Assembly: GCA_051362555.1 (NCBI GenBank)
Contig: CM120643.1
Location: forward strand, 14,606,644-14,670,643
DNA length: 64,000 bases
Source: Lingula anatina
Lineage: Eukaryota > Animalia > Brachiopoda
Reading direction: 5' to 3'
Shown: positions 1 to 10,853 of the stretch, piece by piece
How the letters are laid out: every line of letters begins with the position of its first letter
Numbering within the stretch: the stretch's first letter is position 1
Notes under the pieces: generated by a model
Database searches by the model: none
Seen by the model: the letters and a program-made list of their open reading frames with translations, nothing else
What the model was told of the DNA's origin: nothing
Translations under genes and position numbers: made by a program

Positions 1-61
1 GGCTCATGGGGTATGGACTACTTATTGTATTGAGGCCCAAGAAGAATGGAGCATGCAGAGA

Positions 62-104
<43 letters not shown>

Positions 105-645
105 CAAGCGTCAGCGGGTACATCTGTGTGTATGTGTGAATGTGTGTGTATAATAGTAAGAAGTATATAATGGCCAGTATTTATCAAATGGACAGGTGAA
201 AGTTGAAGATGGGTGACAATATTGAAAATCCTGAATACTTGAAATTTCTCATCGCATATACAGACAGAAAAAAAAATCCAAATAAAGACTGATAATCATG
301 ATATCAGACATCATCCTGAAAACTTCCACCCATGATCAAATGCCAAAGTATTGACATAAGAGCATTCTTTACTGTCCCAAGTCCTACTGAAGTTCTAAAT
401 GAATATCGTGATTTGCAATGTGATAAAACTCAAATGCATATATTCTAGATTTAGTATTTCAAATGAATATCAGCTTGGGCCTACTCTAACACATTTCTCA
501 ATCACTTTATTACTAATTTCTTTTTTTTTCTTCAAAAGAAACTATTTTAGCTCTTTTCTCAGTCCAGTTCTCTGTAAATCAGTTAACTTTGAAACTTTTC
601 CTTGGAAAAAAAAAAAAAACAAATCAATTTTTGTTATCTCGTTAC

Positions 646-758
646 CTTCTGTGACCAAGTGAAAGCGAACTTCTTTGGTAGTGTGGTTCTCACGTAGCAC
701 CTCTAAACTTTCCAGGTAGCAATTTCCATAGAAACTCTGGATAGGGAGCAGTGGAGCT
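646..758 (-). CDS. PHAF1: PHAF1 coding exon 8 (gene continues beyond window start)
   Basis: accAG|..|GTaacg; APLLPIQSFYGNCYLESLEVLRENHTTKEVRFHLVTE vs human [23 protein letters not shown]; 113 nt; lies within track ORF 542..787. Confidence 0.92.
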
Positions 759-1100
759 CTGGTGAGAAGGAAAAAAATGCTTACCATATATGCATCTGAT
801 TATATCATAATACAATGTTATTGAAATGATAGAATATTTGATTTTTTTTAACAAAAGAGAACACAATAGTCTAAACTGATAAATAAGTATCTTAACATAA
901 AACACCCATAAGGGAAAACTGGACACAAGTTTTAAAAAAATCCCAAAATCATACATCCAGAGGTTTCTTAACTTGTAAGAACATCAACTAGTTGATTTTT
1001 AGCATTCTTGGTATTAAACTATTTCATATTCTTTATGCCAAAAATATTTATATTTCAACACCCGACTTAAAGTTTCAAAGTTTAATTTTCAATTCCCTAC

Positions 1101-1204
1101 CCTGTATTGGCTAGACTATTTCCACTAAATATACACATTTTAGACACAGTTGGTGAGGCCCCATTTGGAAACTGAAGTGACCCCAGCCCGTGTGCATATC
1201 TGGG
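1101..1204 (-). CDS. PHAF1: PHAF1 coding exon 7
   Basis: ttcAG|..|GTaggg; PRYAHGLGSLQFPNGASPTVSKMCIFSGNSLANT(G) vs human [32 protein letters not shown]; 104 nt. Confidence 0.93.
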
Positions 1205-1641
1205 CTGAAATATAAGAGAGAGAGAGAGAATAAGAATTAATGCATCTGTATTGTCTTTTTTCAACACAATTTATTCTGAAACAGACATTTTAGATGTGCA
1301 GACGGACCATGAACTATAATATACTCTTATTGTAAAATATACTATCTGAAGGCTGATAGAGATAAAAGTTACATTCTAATCAGTCACTTATGTCACATGT
1401 TTCATGTGTTATGGACAGTAGTGCTGTTACATATACAGACTCCAACTTGAAACAGAAAGTGGTAGAATATTCTGACAAACCAAATGACATGATGTTAATT
1501 AACAACATAATCAACTAATTAAAATGGTGATATGAAAAATCAATATTTTTTTATCAGCGCATTTAAACAATGAAGAAAAACACTAGACCAATTTATTTAT
1601 TATATTTTTTTTGCTTATGTCCATTTTAACATGATTCTTAC

Positions 1642-1721
1642 CTCAAGTTTTGACTCAATCGGGAATGTAAATGAGAGCCCTCGGAAGTTTAATACAAATA
1701 CCTGCCGTTCTGAGTCATAAA
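1642..1721 (-). CDS. PHAF1: PHAF1 coding exon 6
   Basis: tctAG|..|GTaaga; (V)[26 protein letters not shown] vs human [20 protein letters not shown]; 80 nt. Confidence 0.93.
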
Positions 1722-2269
1722 CTAGAATGAGAAAAGCAAATTCTTGGCATCAGTTTATTAAAACACTAGTTTAGGTGTTAAAAGATAAAAGTTGTAATTT
1801 TTCTTCAATTTATAAAAAGCTAATATTGAAGTTGTGTTTACCTCCAATATTGCCAAATCTTAGCTAGATCGAAAAAATTTCAATAGCTGTTGATTAAAGA
1901 AAAATAACTACTTTATTGTTATGACATAACACAGCTGATGAAATTCTTCTCTGACCTGAGCAGATGTTATTAGATTCAAAGCAACCTGCATGTAAATTCA
2001 CCTAAAACACAGTTGACTTCATAATACTGGTCTAGAAGCTTTTAAGAAAAGAGGGGCAACAATTAACATACCTTAATGCAAAGCTGCAGTCACAACAATC
2101 ACAAATAACTATGTCAGAAAAGACAACGAAAAAAGAAGCAGGCTTTTTGATTCTTGTAAAAAGCAACTTAATCAGCTGGGTAAGTCTTAGTAAGTTATGA
2201 TATCCTTAAAACCAACTTGGGGACTTTTATCTAGTGAAACATAACCTCCCATGCTCTATAAATGGATTA

Positions 2270-2432
2270 GGCGTTTGCTAACACTAACTGCAGATCCTTT
2301 AGCACTAACACCAATATTAACCACATAACCCACAAATTAACCAGCACTACCAAAGCAGATGAATAATTCGTGGGTTTTGTAGTTAATATGGGCATAAGTG
2401 CTAAAAGATCTGTGGGCAGTGCTAGTAAATCT
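2270..2432. mobile_element. Old palindromic MITE-like hairpin
   Basis: CAGATCCTTTAGCACT..ATATTAACCACATAACCCACAAATTA pairs imperfectly with TAATTCGTGGGTTTTGTAGTTAATAT..AGTGCTAAAAGATCTG; bracketed by a degenerate direct repeat TCCTTAAAAC..GGGACTTTTAT..GTGAAACA (about 2203 and 2437). Confidence 0.55.
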
Positions 2433-2593
2433 TAACTCCTTAAAACTGAATTGGGACTTTTATTTTGTGAAACAGACTTCTCTAGTCCAAGTCTGAGAGC
2501 TGGCCCCTATCTACCCTGTCTTGGGTGCTACTGTTTCCCCTACCTCCTGGATGTGTTACCCCCATCTATCCTGTCCTGGGTGCTAATGTTTTA

Positions 2594-2713
<120 letters not shown>

Positions 2714-2789
2714 TCAACCATGTTAAAAAAATTGTGAGAAGTGATAAATCTTTTTTTTTAATTCTGCACTTATCTATTACTGTAATTGT

Positions 2790-3857
2790 TCACATGGCAG
2801 ATCAACCATGGACAAACTGATCTACGGACTTATTAAGGCCAGCGTCACTTATTAAGGCACAGCGTCAAACAAGCTGCCTTATCCCCTGATGGTCTCCCGA
2901 CCTCCACACGGGCCATTATACAGATTAAATCTCAGCTCTGAGGTTAAATTGCAAGGCACCGGCAGGGACGACAGGTGTGGATGTTGGGAGACCATCAGGG
3001 GATAAGTCACAGGGTTCTCCCCAGGCCTTTATAGCGTATTGGCAGCGATACGCATTTCTTTTTGCCGACACGTTTCTTTAAGGTAAAAATTCAGTTCGGT
3101 GAAGTTGCAGGGTTGCCTGTCATGATTTATGAGAAATTTGGAACAAAAGTCTTTTAAAAAATCATTTTTGATGCATACTAACGTCTTTTTCTCTTCCTAG
3201 ACGGTACTGAAAAGAGTGACCTACTTTTGGCACAAAACACATGCAGTTGCAAAATGAATTGTGAACAAACTTACCGCCAAATTATGAAAGTGAACACCCT
3301 CCAGAACTTCACAAGACAAAATTTATTCACATAACAGGCTCACTACTGAATATTTATTTGGTTAAAAATCTTTGTGCTCTAGAGATAAAGACCGTTCCAA
3401 AAACAGAAACTACACAAGTACTGTGCAGGGTACAACAGCCAGATTGATCTGGATGAACTAGATATATCTAGTTCGTTGTCAAGGCAACATACTGCCTGTC
3501 AATCAAATACGTTGCATGCTATCTACTTACTATAGAACGTGAAATCTTTGGGACTGAAGAGCTTGTTGAAATATTGTTTATTTGCCAAAATAAAACATGA
3601 AATTTTGTATGATGTTTTCTATAATGACTTTAGCATCACCTATATTATTTACAGTTAAAAATTTAGTGCTGGAATATGATAAATTAACATTGCTGTCATA
3701 TACCAGTGTGATATTGATGTAAGTTAGATATTAGTAATAACAAATATGAGAATTTAAATAAAAAGGGCGACTTTTTTTATACTGCTTTTATTTAACTCAT
3801 ATATTACAAAAATCAAACACATGATAAAAATTTTTCCTCCGGAGGGCACATCCCCGG

Positions 3858-3889
<32 letters not shown>

Positions 3890-4049
3890 TTTGTACCTTG
3901 CTTTGCAAGCCTCGGCACTCTCGCGAAAAAAAAAAAGGGCTATTTTCAATTTCTGGGGAGAACCCTGAGTCAACATTACTTTTAAGTGGGTTGGCCATAC
4001 TTGATCTGCGGATCTGTTAGTCTGCAGATCAACTTGTTTGAATACGCTC
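2790..4049. mobile_element. Harbinger-like palindromic MITE (family B), split by the 3010-3967 insertion
   Basis: Core hairpin CTTATCCCCTGATGGTCTCCC..GGGAGACCATCAGGGGATAAG (2878-3006) and right end ..GGCCATAC..GATCAACTTGTTTGAATACGCTC match the intact copy at 50576-50861; left end decayed. Confidence 0.7.
3010..3967. mobile_element. Non-autonomous hAT-like element with 5-bp TSD
   Basis: TIR CAGGGTTCTCCCCAG / CTGGGGAGAACCCTG; AGTCA duplicated on both flanks (3005-3009, 3968-3972); inserted in the family-B MITE. Confidence 0.8.
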
Positions 4050-4381
4050 TTCTAGTGATACCAATGGGCTGTTTGGCCCAAAAAGAAATTCAGCACCCGT
4101 GAAAATGAATAATTGTTTATCTGTGAACACAAATGTTCTCAATGCGTTTCTGTTTATAATTAATTTTTGGCATAAACTCAACTGGATGTCTTAAAATCTT
4201 CACAATACTTATTGGCTTTAGTGTGTTTTAACACTTTTTTTTTTGGAGTGAAATACTGAAAAAAAATTTTTAAGATTCCATGAATTTTCTTTTAACCTTC
4301 GTCTTAACAAGAATAGTAACAAGAACGTCTTCATAGTAAAACACTAATACAATGGCATTCAAAGATAGCACAAGTACTTAC

Positions 4382-4425
4382 CAGTACTTAAGTTTGACCT
4401 TGTTAAGGTTATACACTTCTATTAT
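4382..4425 (-). CDS. PHAF1: PHAF1 coding exon 4
   Basis: tacAG|..|GTaagt; IIEVYNLNKVKLKY(C) vs human VIEVCDLTKVKLKYC; 44 nt. Confidence 0.92.
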
Positions 4426-4576
4426 CTGTAAATGGAACAAAATCACATAAGATAATCTTATAATAGCCTAACTTGATAGCGAAAAGAAAACATATTGACT
4501 GAATAGTTATGAAGAGCCGCTGTTGTACTTGACAGCAAAAGCCTGCAATCAAACCATAGATTATTCCTACAAAATG

Positions 4577-4925
4577 ACAAAGGCAGCAAAGCTGTCAAAT
4601 ATACAGACATAAAGCAGGTCATAATGATAAAGACACATAACATATCACACAGACATCGCCAATTTTTAACAAATTTCTACCATTAATGAGGAAAAATGTT
4701 AATTTAAAGGAGTTTGAAGTCACGCCTAGAAATTTTGTAATGAGGGGAAAAAGGGAAAAAATTTCACCAAAAGAAAAAAAAAATGTTCTGTATTTAGTTT
4801 CATGTATCACTCCAAGAGGTTTGAGGATAACAAGCTATTTATTGAAATAACAGTAGAAAGTGCACAGAAACGAAGACATGAACAGATGCAGGTTATGACT
4901 ATATGTACAGACACGCTGAATAAAG
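4577..4925 (+). mobile_element. Helentron-like non-autonomous element (family C), short copy
   Basis: 5' AAGGCAGCAAAGCTGTCAAATATACAGACA shared with 45170; 3' AAAGTGCAC..GCAGGTTATGACTATATGTACAGACAC shared with about 9930-9985 and 47440-47505. Confidence 0.6.
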
Positions 4926-6808
4926 GAAAATTTCTTACGTGCCTTTGTACTTTCACAGGTATACTTTCCGAGTCTTCAAATATCCCAACATCATATTTCG
5001 ATGGAAAATTCCATCATATGAGAAAATATCAGACAGGATAAATTTACCAGTAAACAGCAGAATTTTCATCACTGTCACAGAATCAATGGGACCCCCCCCT
5101 CCCCCCACACACACACACACGTATCACCCAAGCACAGTTAAAAACTGATTTAAGACTTGTGCCATTGATCTTCCACCCACCTACTCATCATGCAACCCTT
5201 TATTTCAATAAATTTCATATTTCAGTAAATCTGTTTCCTCCTAGAACTCACTTAAGGACGGAAAATAAAGTTGGACCATTTGAGACATATTAAAATAATG
5301 AACCATATCAAATTTAGCTAAAAACACCAAAAATTTCAAAATAATTTTTAGTAAAATATTAATAGATATTGCATTTGGTTACAATCTTCTATGCAAGGGT
5401 AATGACCAAGATCATTGGCTAATGTTATCAATATCAATATAGCCCAGTTATCAATATTACTAATTCAATCCAGTAATTCTGATCTAATTTTAGCCTAACT
5501 GAAATCCTACTAAGAGTACACTGACTATGTACGGCAGTGTCTTAGACCCATCCCACAAAGAGGATTTTGTTATAAGTATTCATGTATCTGATGTGAACCA
5601 AAGACATATATTCGCTTATTGGAGATTAAACCTTCAATTTCTGAACCATTTTAATGAGGAGCCGTGCTACTTTATGCATTTGAACTTTGACATGCTGGTT
5701 TGGCTTCCAGATTAAGCTTACTAGATCAATTAAAAATTCCTAGAAATTTAAGATTAAATCTTAGGTAACTATAGCGAAAAAAAAAAAAAAAAATTCCCCC
5801 AATCCTCATCTGGATAATATTAAGTCTGAAATCCCAGGCATGAATATGTGGTTTTGTGACATTTACTTGTGGCATCACTTTACATCTCTCTTAATTCTGG
5901 ATCATACACTGAACCCCCCCCTCCCCCCACGCCACCCAACACACACAAACACACACATATATACGCGTGTGCGTATGCGTGGATCACTAGAATTCAGGAG
6001 TCTGAGACACATGGACAAGCTCCTGATTCTCATCGATGAAATTAAAATGATGAGCAGCATGATGTGCCAAGAGCAACATTCTTTTTAAAATTCTGATCTA
6101 AAATTTACTTAAATCAAATACTGGTTGTTTTTGTTTTTTTTTTTTTTTTGCAGCAAACTAGACTAGTAACAAAAAACTTAAGTGCAACTTTTAGTGGAAA
6201 GACTACTTTAATGAAATTGATTTCTTTTGATTCATGTTATAAGCATAGCAATAACTTGAAAAAAATAAACATCTTATTGATTCTGTCTGGCACATAAGTA
6301 CCATAATAATTATGTGATATTCCATGTCTCCCATGTACAAGGCATGTCTGGGTTAGAAACACGCCACGAAACAGAAATCAACCCCTTTTTTACTGTGTGT
6401 GTATCCGTTTTATAATCACAAAACTTTATAAAGTAATTACCTCGGAAGAAAATTGATTAATACACATGCGAAAATAGATAAAGGGAAATACTGGAAATAG
6501 GATAAAGAGCAATGAATTCACTAGTTACGTAAATATATATGCAGGTAATGAGTTTTCACTGCAGAAAAAACAAAAGTTAACTAAACTAGTCAAGATTTTG
6601 ATTCAAGTCGCAGGTTGCGTTTCTGTGTAAATGCAATTTTTAATTCATCTGTGTGCTTTCAATTTTTTTATACATAGGTGAATGTGAAGAGCAGTTATAA
6701 CAAATGAATTACTATTTATTAGCACCAGTAAATGGAACTGGCTGGCAGAGGACAGATGCACTACACATGTACTAAAAGACTGTTTTACTTCCGAATCACT
6801 AACATTAA

Positions 6809-7055
6809 GGGACCATTCCCACAGATGTTTGGATTGATCTATCTCCCTGGGGAGTCTCACTACATTTCTAACAACTTAATCAGCTTAAATGTCTGTCACG
6901 CCTAGTAAAGCTGTTAGGGGGTAATTATCTTTACCCCCTAGCTGATTCGTTAGGCGCGACAGACTTTTAAGCCAGTTAGTTGATAGCAATTTAGCAAGAC
7001 TTCCCAGGGAGTTAGACCAATCCAGATAGATCGATTGAGGCATGGAAACCCAGTT
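6809..7055. mobile_element. Harbinger/Tourist-like palindromic MITE (family A)
   Basis: Flanked by TAA on both sides; internally palindromic; homologous to 7059-7325, 45349-45567 and 50056-50316. Confidence 0.75.
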
Positions 7056-7058
7056 TAA

Positions 7059-7325
7059 GGGATCATTCCCTGACCCTATTGTGCTAACTGTGGATTGTTC
7101 CATCTCCAAGGGGATTCTCACTAAATTGCAATCAACTTTAGCGGCTTAGATGTCTGTCATGCCTACTGAAGCTGCTAGGGGGTAATTTATTATCGTTAAG
7201 CAGCTTCAGTAAGCGCGCCAGATATCTAAGCTGCTTAAGCTGAAAGCAATATAGCAAGAAACCCCTTGGAGATGGATCGATCTTATTAAATCTTATTAGA
7301 TCGATCCAGGTATGGGAACCCAGTC
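7059..7325. mobile_element. Harbinger/Tourist-like palindromic MITE (family A)
   Basis: TAA|GGGATCATTCCC..GGGAACCCAGTC|TAA; reverse-orientation homologue at 45349-45567. Confidence 0.78.
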
Positions 7326-7328
7326 TAA

Positions 7329-7538
7329 GAGGGCATTCACAACGGATGATCCTCGGACCTACTGATGTGTAGATCAAATATGGTGGTCCCTACATGAAAG
7401 CAGAGCCAACTCATCCACTGCTGGTCTCCACAGCTCCTAGGTTTAATGGCTAGAACCCTGCACAGGGATGGCACATGTGGAGGTTGGGCTTAATCCGCGG
7501 ATCAGTAGATCCAAGGATCATCTGCTGTGAATGCCCTC
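7329..7538. mobile_element. Harbinger/Tourist-like MITE (related to family B)
   Basis: TIR GAGGGCATTCACA..GATGATCCTCGGACCTACTGAT / ATCAGTAGATCCAAGGATCATC..TGTGAATGCCCTC; TAA TSD. Confidence 0.8.
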
Positions 7539-7575
7539 TAACACTGAAGCTTCTGATATGTTCAAATTATGCCTT

Positions 7576-7621
<46 letters not shown>

Positions 7622-9389
7622 TGCTTGAACAGTAAGCAGTGGAATTTTTGGTCTGAAGAGCAAAAAAGTTTTAAACAAAATATCACAATAGACTTCTGTT
7701 TATCAAAATGGCATCTCATTTAAATCACATTTCGTCCCCTATTTATCTCTTACTCCTGAACAATTTTCTCCTCAGACATCAAATTTCACAAAACACATGT
7801 CTGTAGACTGACGAATATTAACAGAACTTAGCCTGTCTGTGTCTTCCTCTTAGTATCGGAAGAAACCCTTACAAGGTATGTAAGACCTCTTGACTGAAGC
7901 CTTGTAAAAGAGAGATAACTGCTGCAAAATTTAAATGTGCTCGATACGAAATTCTGATCCCCCAACAACAGAACATGAACAGCACAGGCTTCAGATTTCC
8001 CTGCTACTAAAATAGGCCACAAAGATAGCTTTGGTGTGCTAGAGACCTAAAATTTCTGCTAAAGTATTATTTTAAAGCAGGGCTTTTCCCAGGATTGGGG
8101 GTACAGACCGTCCAAAATTACCACCTGCAATTTCCTACCAAATTTCAGGGAGTCCAAGTATGCCCAAAGCCGTCACATTTTCAAGAAATTCATAAGTCTT
8201 TGAAAATTCAGCAGTCTTTGAAAATATAGGCTGTCCAGTGGTGCTGGAGGCTGTCTAAATGACAGCTGGGCAGTCCACTGAGAAAACTCTTGTTTTACAG
8301 TTTTCTTAGGGGCCATTCAGAATGGATGATCCAAGTACTAACTGATCTGCCGACTAAATATGCTTCAAAAGCTTTTGAAGCATTTAAAGGATTTTTAGTC
8401 ATATCTAACCAATTTACCTTGGGTAAATGCTTTTTCCTCCACGTAACCTATATACCTTATGATCCTCCTTTTCTGAGACTTGCCTTAACTCTGTAACCAT
8501 CCGAGAAAATAAAAAGCCCTTAACCGACCTGCCATCATTTTCAAACTTCTCAATCCTAGCATGCTCAATTCTCACCCTGACTTCCAGATTCTGAGCTGGA
8601 TGACAGGTGATGAGGTTCATCAGAAGGGGGATGAATTTGATTATTTTTGCTACATTGATTCCTGGTATGTATCAGTTACAATATGATCAACGGTATTACT
8701 TATCCAAAGATATGTTTAACAAGAAGTGGTGATTGCTGTTTAAAATCCTACACGTTGAGAATAAGTAAAGAGACCAATTATTCATAAGTAAGAGAAAATT
8801 GCTTTCTTTTCGAAGGAAATTTCATTTTGGCAGGGAAATCCAAGATAAGATTCCTTTAATTACATAAATACATGTACAAACAATAATCTCGGTATATTCG
8901 GTATACTATAGGCTTTCAACTTCAGACAGAGAGCACGCTTACATCTGTTACATAAACAGTTCAATATCAAGAAAGGTATTCTCAGTGCTTTTTCCTGCAT
9001 GGTGCATGTGTTCATTCATTTCATTACAAAATTATTTCCAGGCCATAAAAATAGAAAAAAGGAGTTTTGCCAAGAAAAAAGGAAAAGATAGAAATATATT
9101 TTAATATAGGGATAAATAAGAGCTTGGCGCTTTGACAGAGGGGCAAACATATATATTCAGCTCAAGGTAGATCGATATGTTAAAATGACCTAAATTGGTC
9201 AAAATAGCTTTTACCCCCCCCCCCCCATTTCTTTTATGGGAAACACTTATCTAGATATTAGTGCCATAAAAATAAACACTTTTAGAGCAAAGGTGTCATT
9301 TTTTGTTGTTGTTTATTCACCTCCTTTATCACCAATTTAACCTCTTTTGGTATGAGTTGTCAGTGCGGAACTACTGTTGCACTTGACAA

Positions 9390-10004
9390 GCTCTTCAAAT
9401 TGCAACAAACATTAGGTCTCTAGCTTTAAGGGCTCCAGATTTAGAGGGTTTTCAGTTTTGGTATCTAATGGCTGCCATTCCTGTGAAAATGCACTAACTG
9501 ACCTCGAACCCAGGATGGTAAAGAACATCCAAGTTTAACTTCTCACTATAATATCTATGCCAATCGGCATAAACACATATTTTTTTCCACAGAAAATTAA
9601 AATGTTAACAAAAATTTGGCCAATTTGCCCTTAAAATATGGATCAAAGGTCAAATCCAAGGTCATATTCTAAATCTCCACATGACTTTCAGTTAGACTTC
9701 TAAAGTACTTTTCCACAATTCCTTTGGTAAAGGAGATATTAGCTTTTAATATTCAAAATATGCTGATAAAAATGGAAAAAATAAATAAATAAAAACAGCG
9801 AAACTTATTGAAAAATGGTCCAATCAAGCTGATTTTTAAACTCAGCCTGTTTTTTTATAAATATTCTTCAGTTACGTAAGTTTGAAGACCAAAGTCAAAT
9901 CGTTTTCCAATGACGTGTTTTCTCTGAAAGTGCACTGGACAAGAGCCACAACAGGCGCAGGTGATGGCTATATGTACAGACACTTGGTGTCTGTACATAA
10001 AAAC
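9390..10004 (+). mobile_element. Helentron-like non-autonomous element (family C); 5' boundary approximate
   Basis: 3' perfect hairpin TATGTACAGACAC-TTG-GTGTCTGTACATA followed by AAAA; internal AAGTTT-type repeats resembling 47170-47440. Confidence 0.6.
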
Positions 10005-10140
10005 CACTTGTGTTATAATTTAGTCAACCCAAAGCAGATACCCTGTATGCAATAAATAATACCTTGTCACTGCACCTGAAATTTAATCATTATCACCAAG
10101 GACATCTCTACAAAATTACAATGATTACACTATGCTTTAC

Positions 10141-10224
10141 CTTTAATCTCTGTGTATAGGAATCATAGATCAGCTTCACTCCATCTTGAGATAGGTTCAA
10201 CACTAGGTCCATATCCAGAGGAAC
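10141..10224 (-). CDS. PHAF1: PHAF1 coding exon 3
   Basis: tctAG|..|GTaaag; VPLDMDLVLNLSQDGVKLIYDSYTQRLK vs human [28 protein letters not shown]; 84 nt. Confidence 0.93.
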
Positions 10225-10382
10225 CTAGATATAACAAGAGATAAAAAGCATTCTACAATGACATTTTTTCTAAATAGGAGTCGAAATTCTGATTTTTTTC
10301 CAGAGGAGCATGATAAATCATACACCCACACAAAGAAAAACACTTATCGTCATGTGTACTTCTTTTAAGTACTGATGATATT

Positions 10383-10853
10383 AACTAGAAAAGCTCCCAG
10401 ACAGCACAACCTCCACAAGACATATAATTACCTAATAATTAATTATTATTTGGTTAATGAATAATTTTATCACCACAAAAATCTGATTTTTTTCCTTTGC
10501 CCATTTGTGACCTATCCTGGAAAGTTTCATCAAAATCTGTTAATCATTTTAGACTTAGTTAACTAATAATTGATATCAACACCAAAATCTAAGTATTTCT
10601 TCCTTAGCCCATTTGTGACCCATCCTGCAAAATTTTGTCAAATAGTTGTTTCTCACTTTCTGACTTCATTATAACTAATAATAAATGAAAAATTGATTAA
10701 CAAATGGATCACCATAATGTAATCAGTTCTTTCTTGGTCCATCTGTGACCTATCCTGAAAATTTCATCAATATCTATTCCTTACTTTTGTATAAAAACTA
10801 CAAACAAACAAATAAACGATAATGATCACCTCCTTTGGGGGAACTAATAAAAA
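10383..10853 (+). mobile_element. Helentron/DINE-1-like element with three internal tandem units
   Basis: Starts AACTAGAAAAGC..ACCTCC, ends ACCTCCTTTGGGGGAACTAATAAAA; three copies of CCATYTGTGACCYATCCTG..TTT..CAA at about 10500, 10610 and 10740. Confidence 0.6.

Noticed and set aside
1-600. PHAF1 exon 9 (expected ..FGDSCQDV..)
   Set aside because: No matching translation found; the exon must lie outside the window.
3857-3889. Long poly-C/poly-G and poly-A runs (also about 22306, 23744, 25506, 29306) as functional G4 or retrocopy tails
   Set aside because: Common homopolymers in this genome with no associated TSD or retro-sequence; lengths may be sequencing-dependent.
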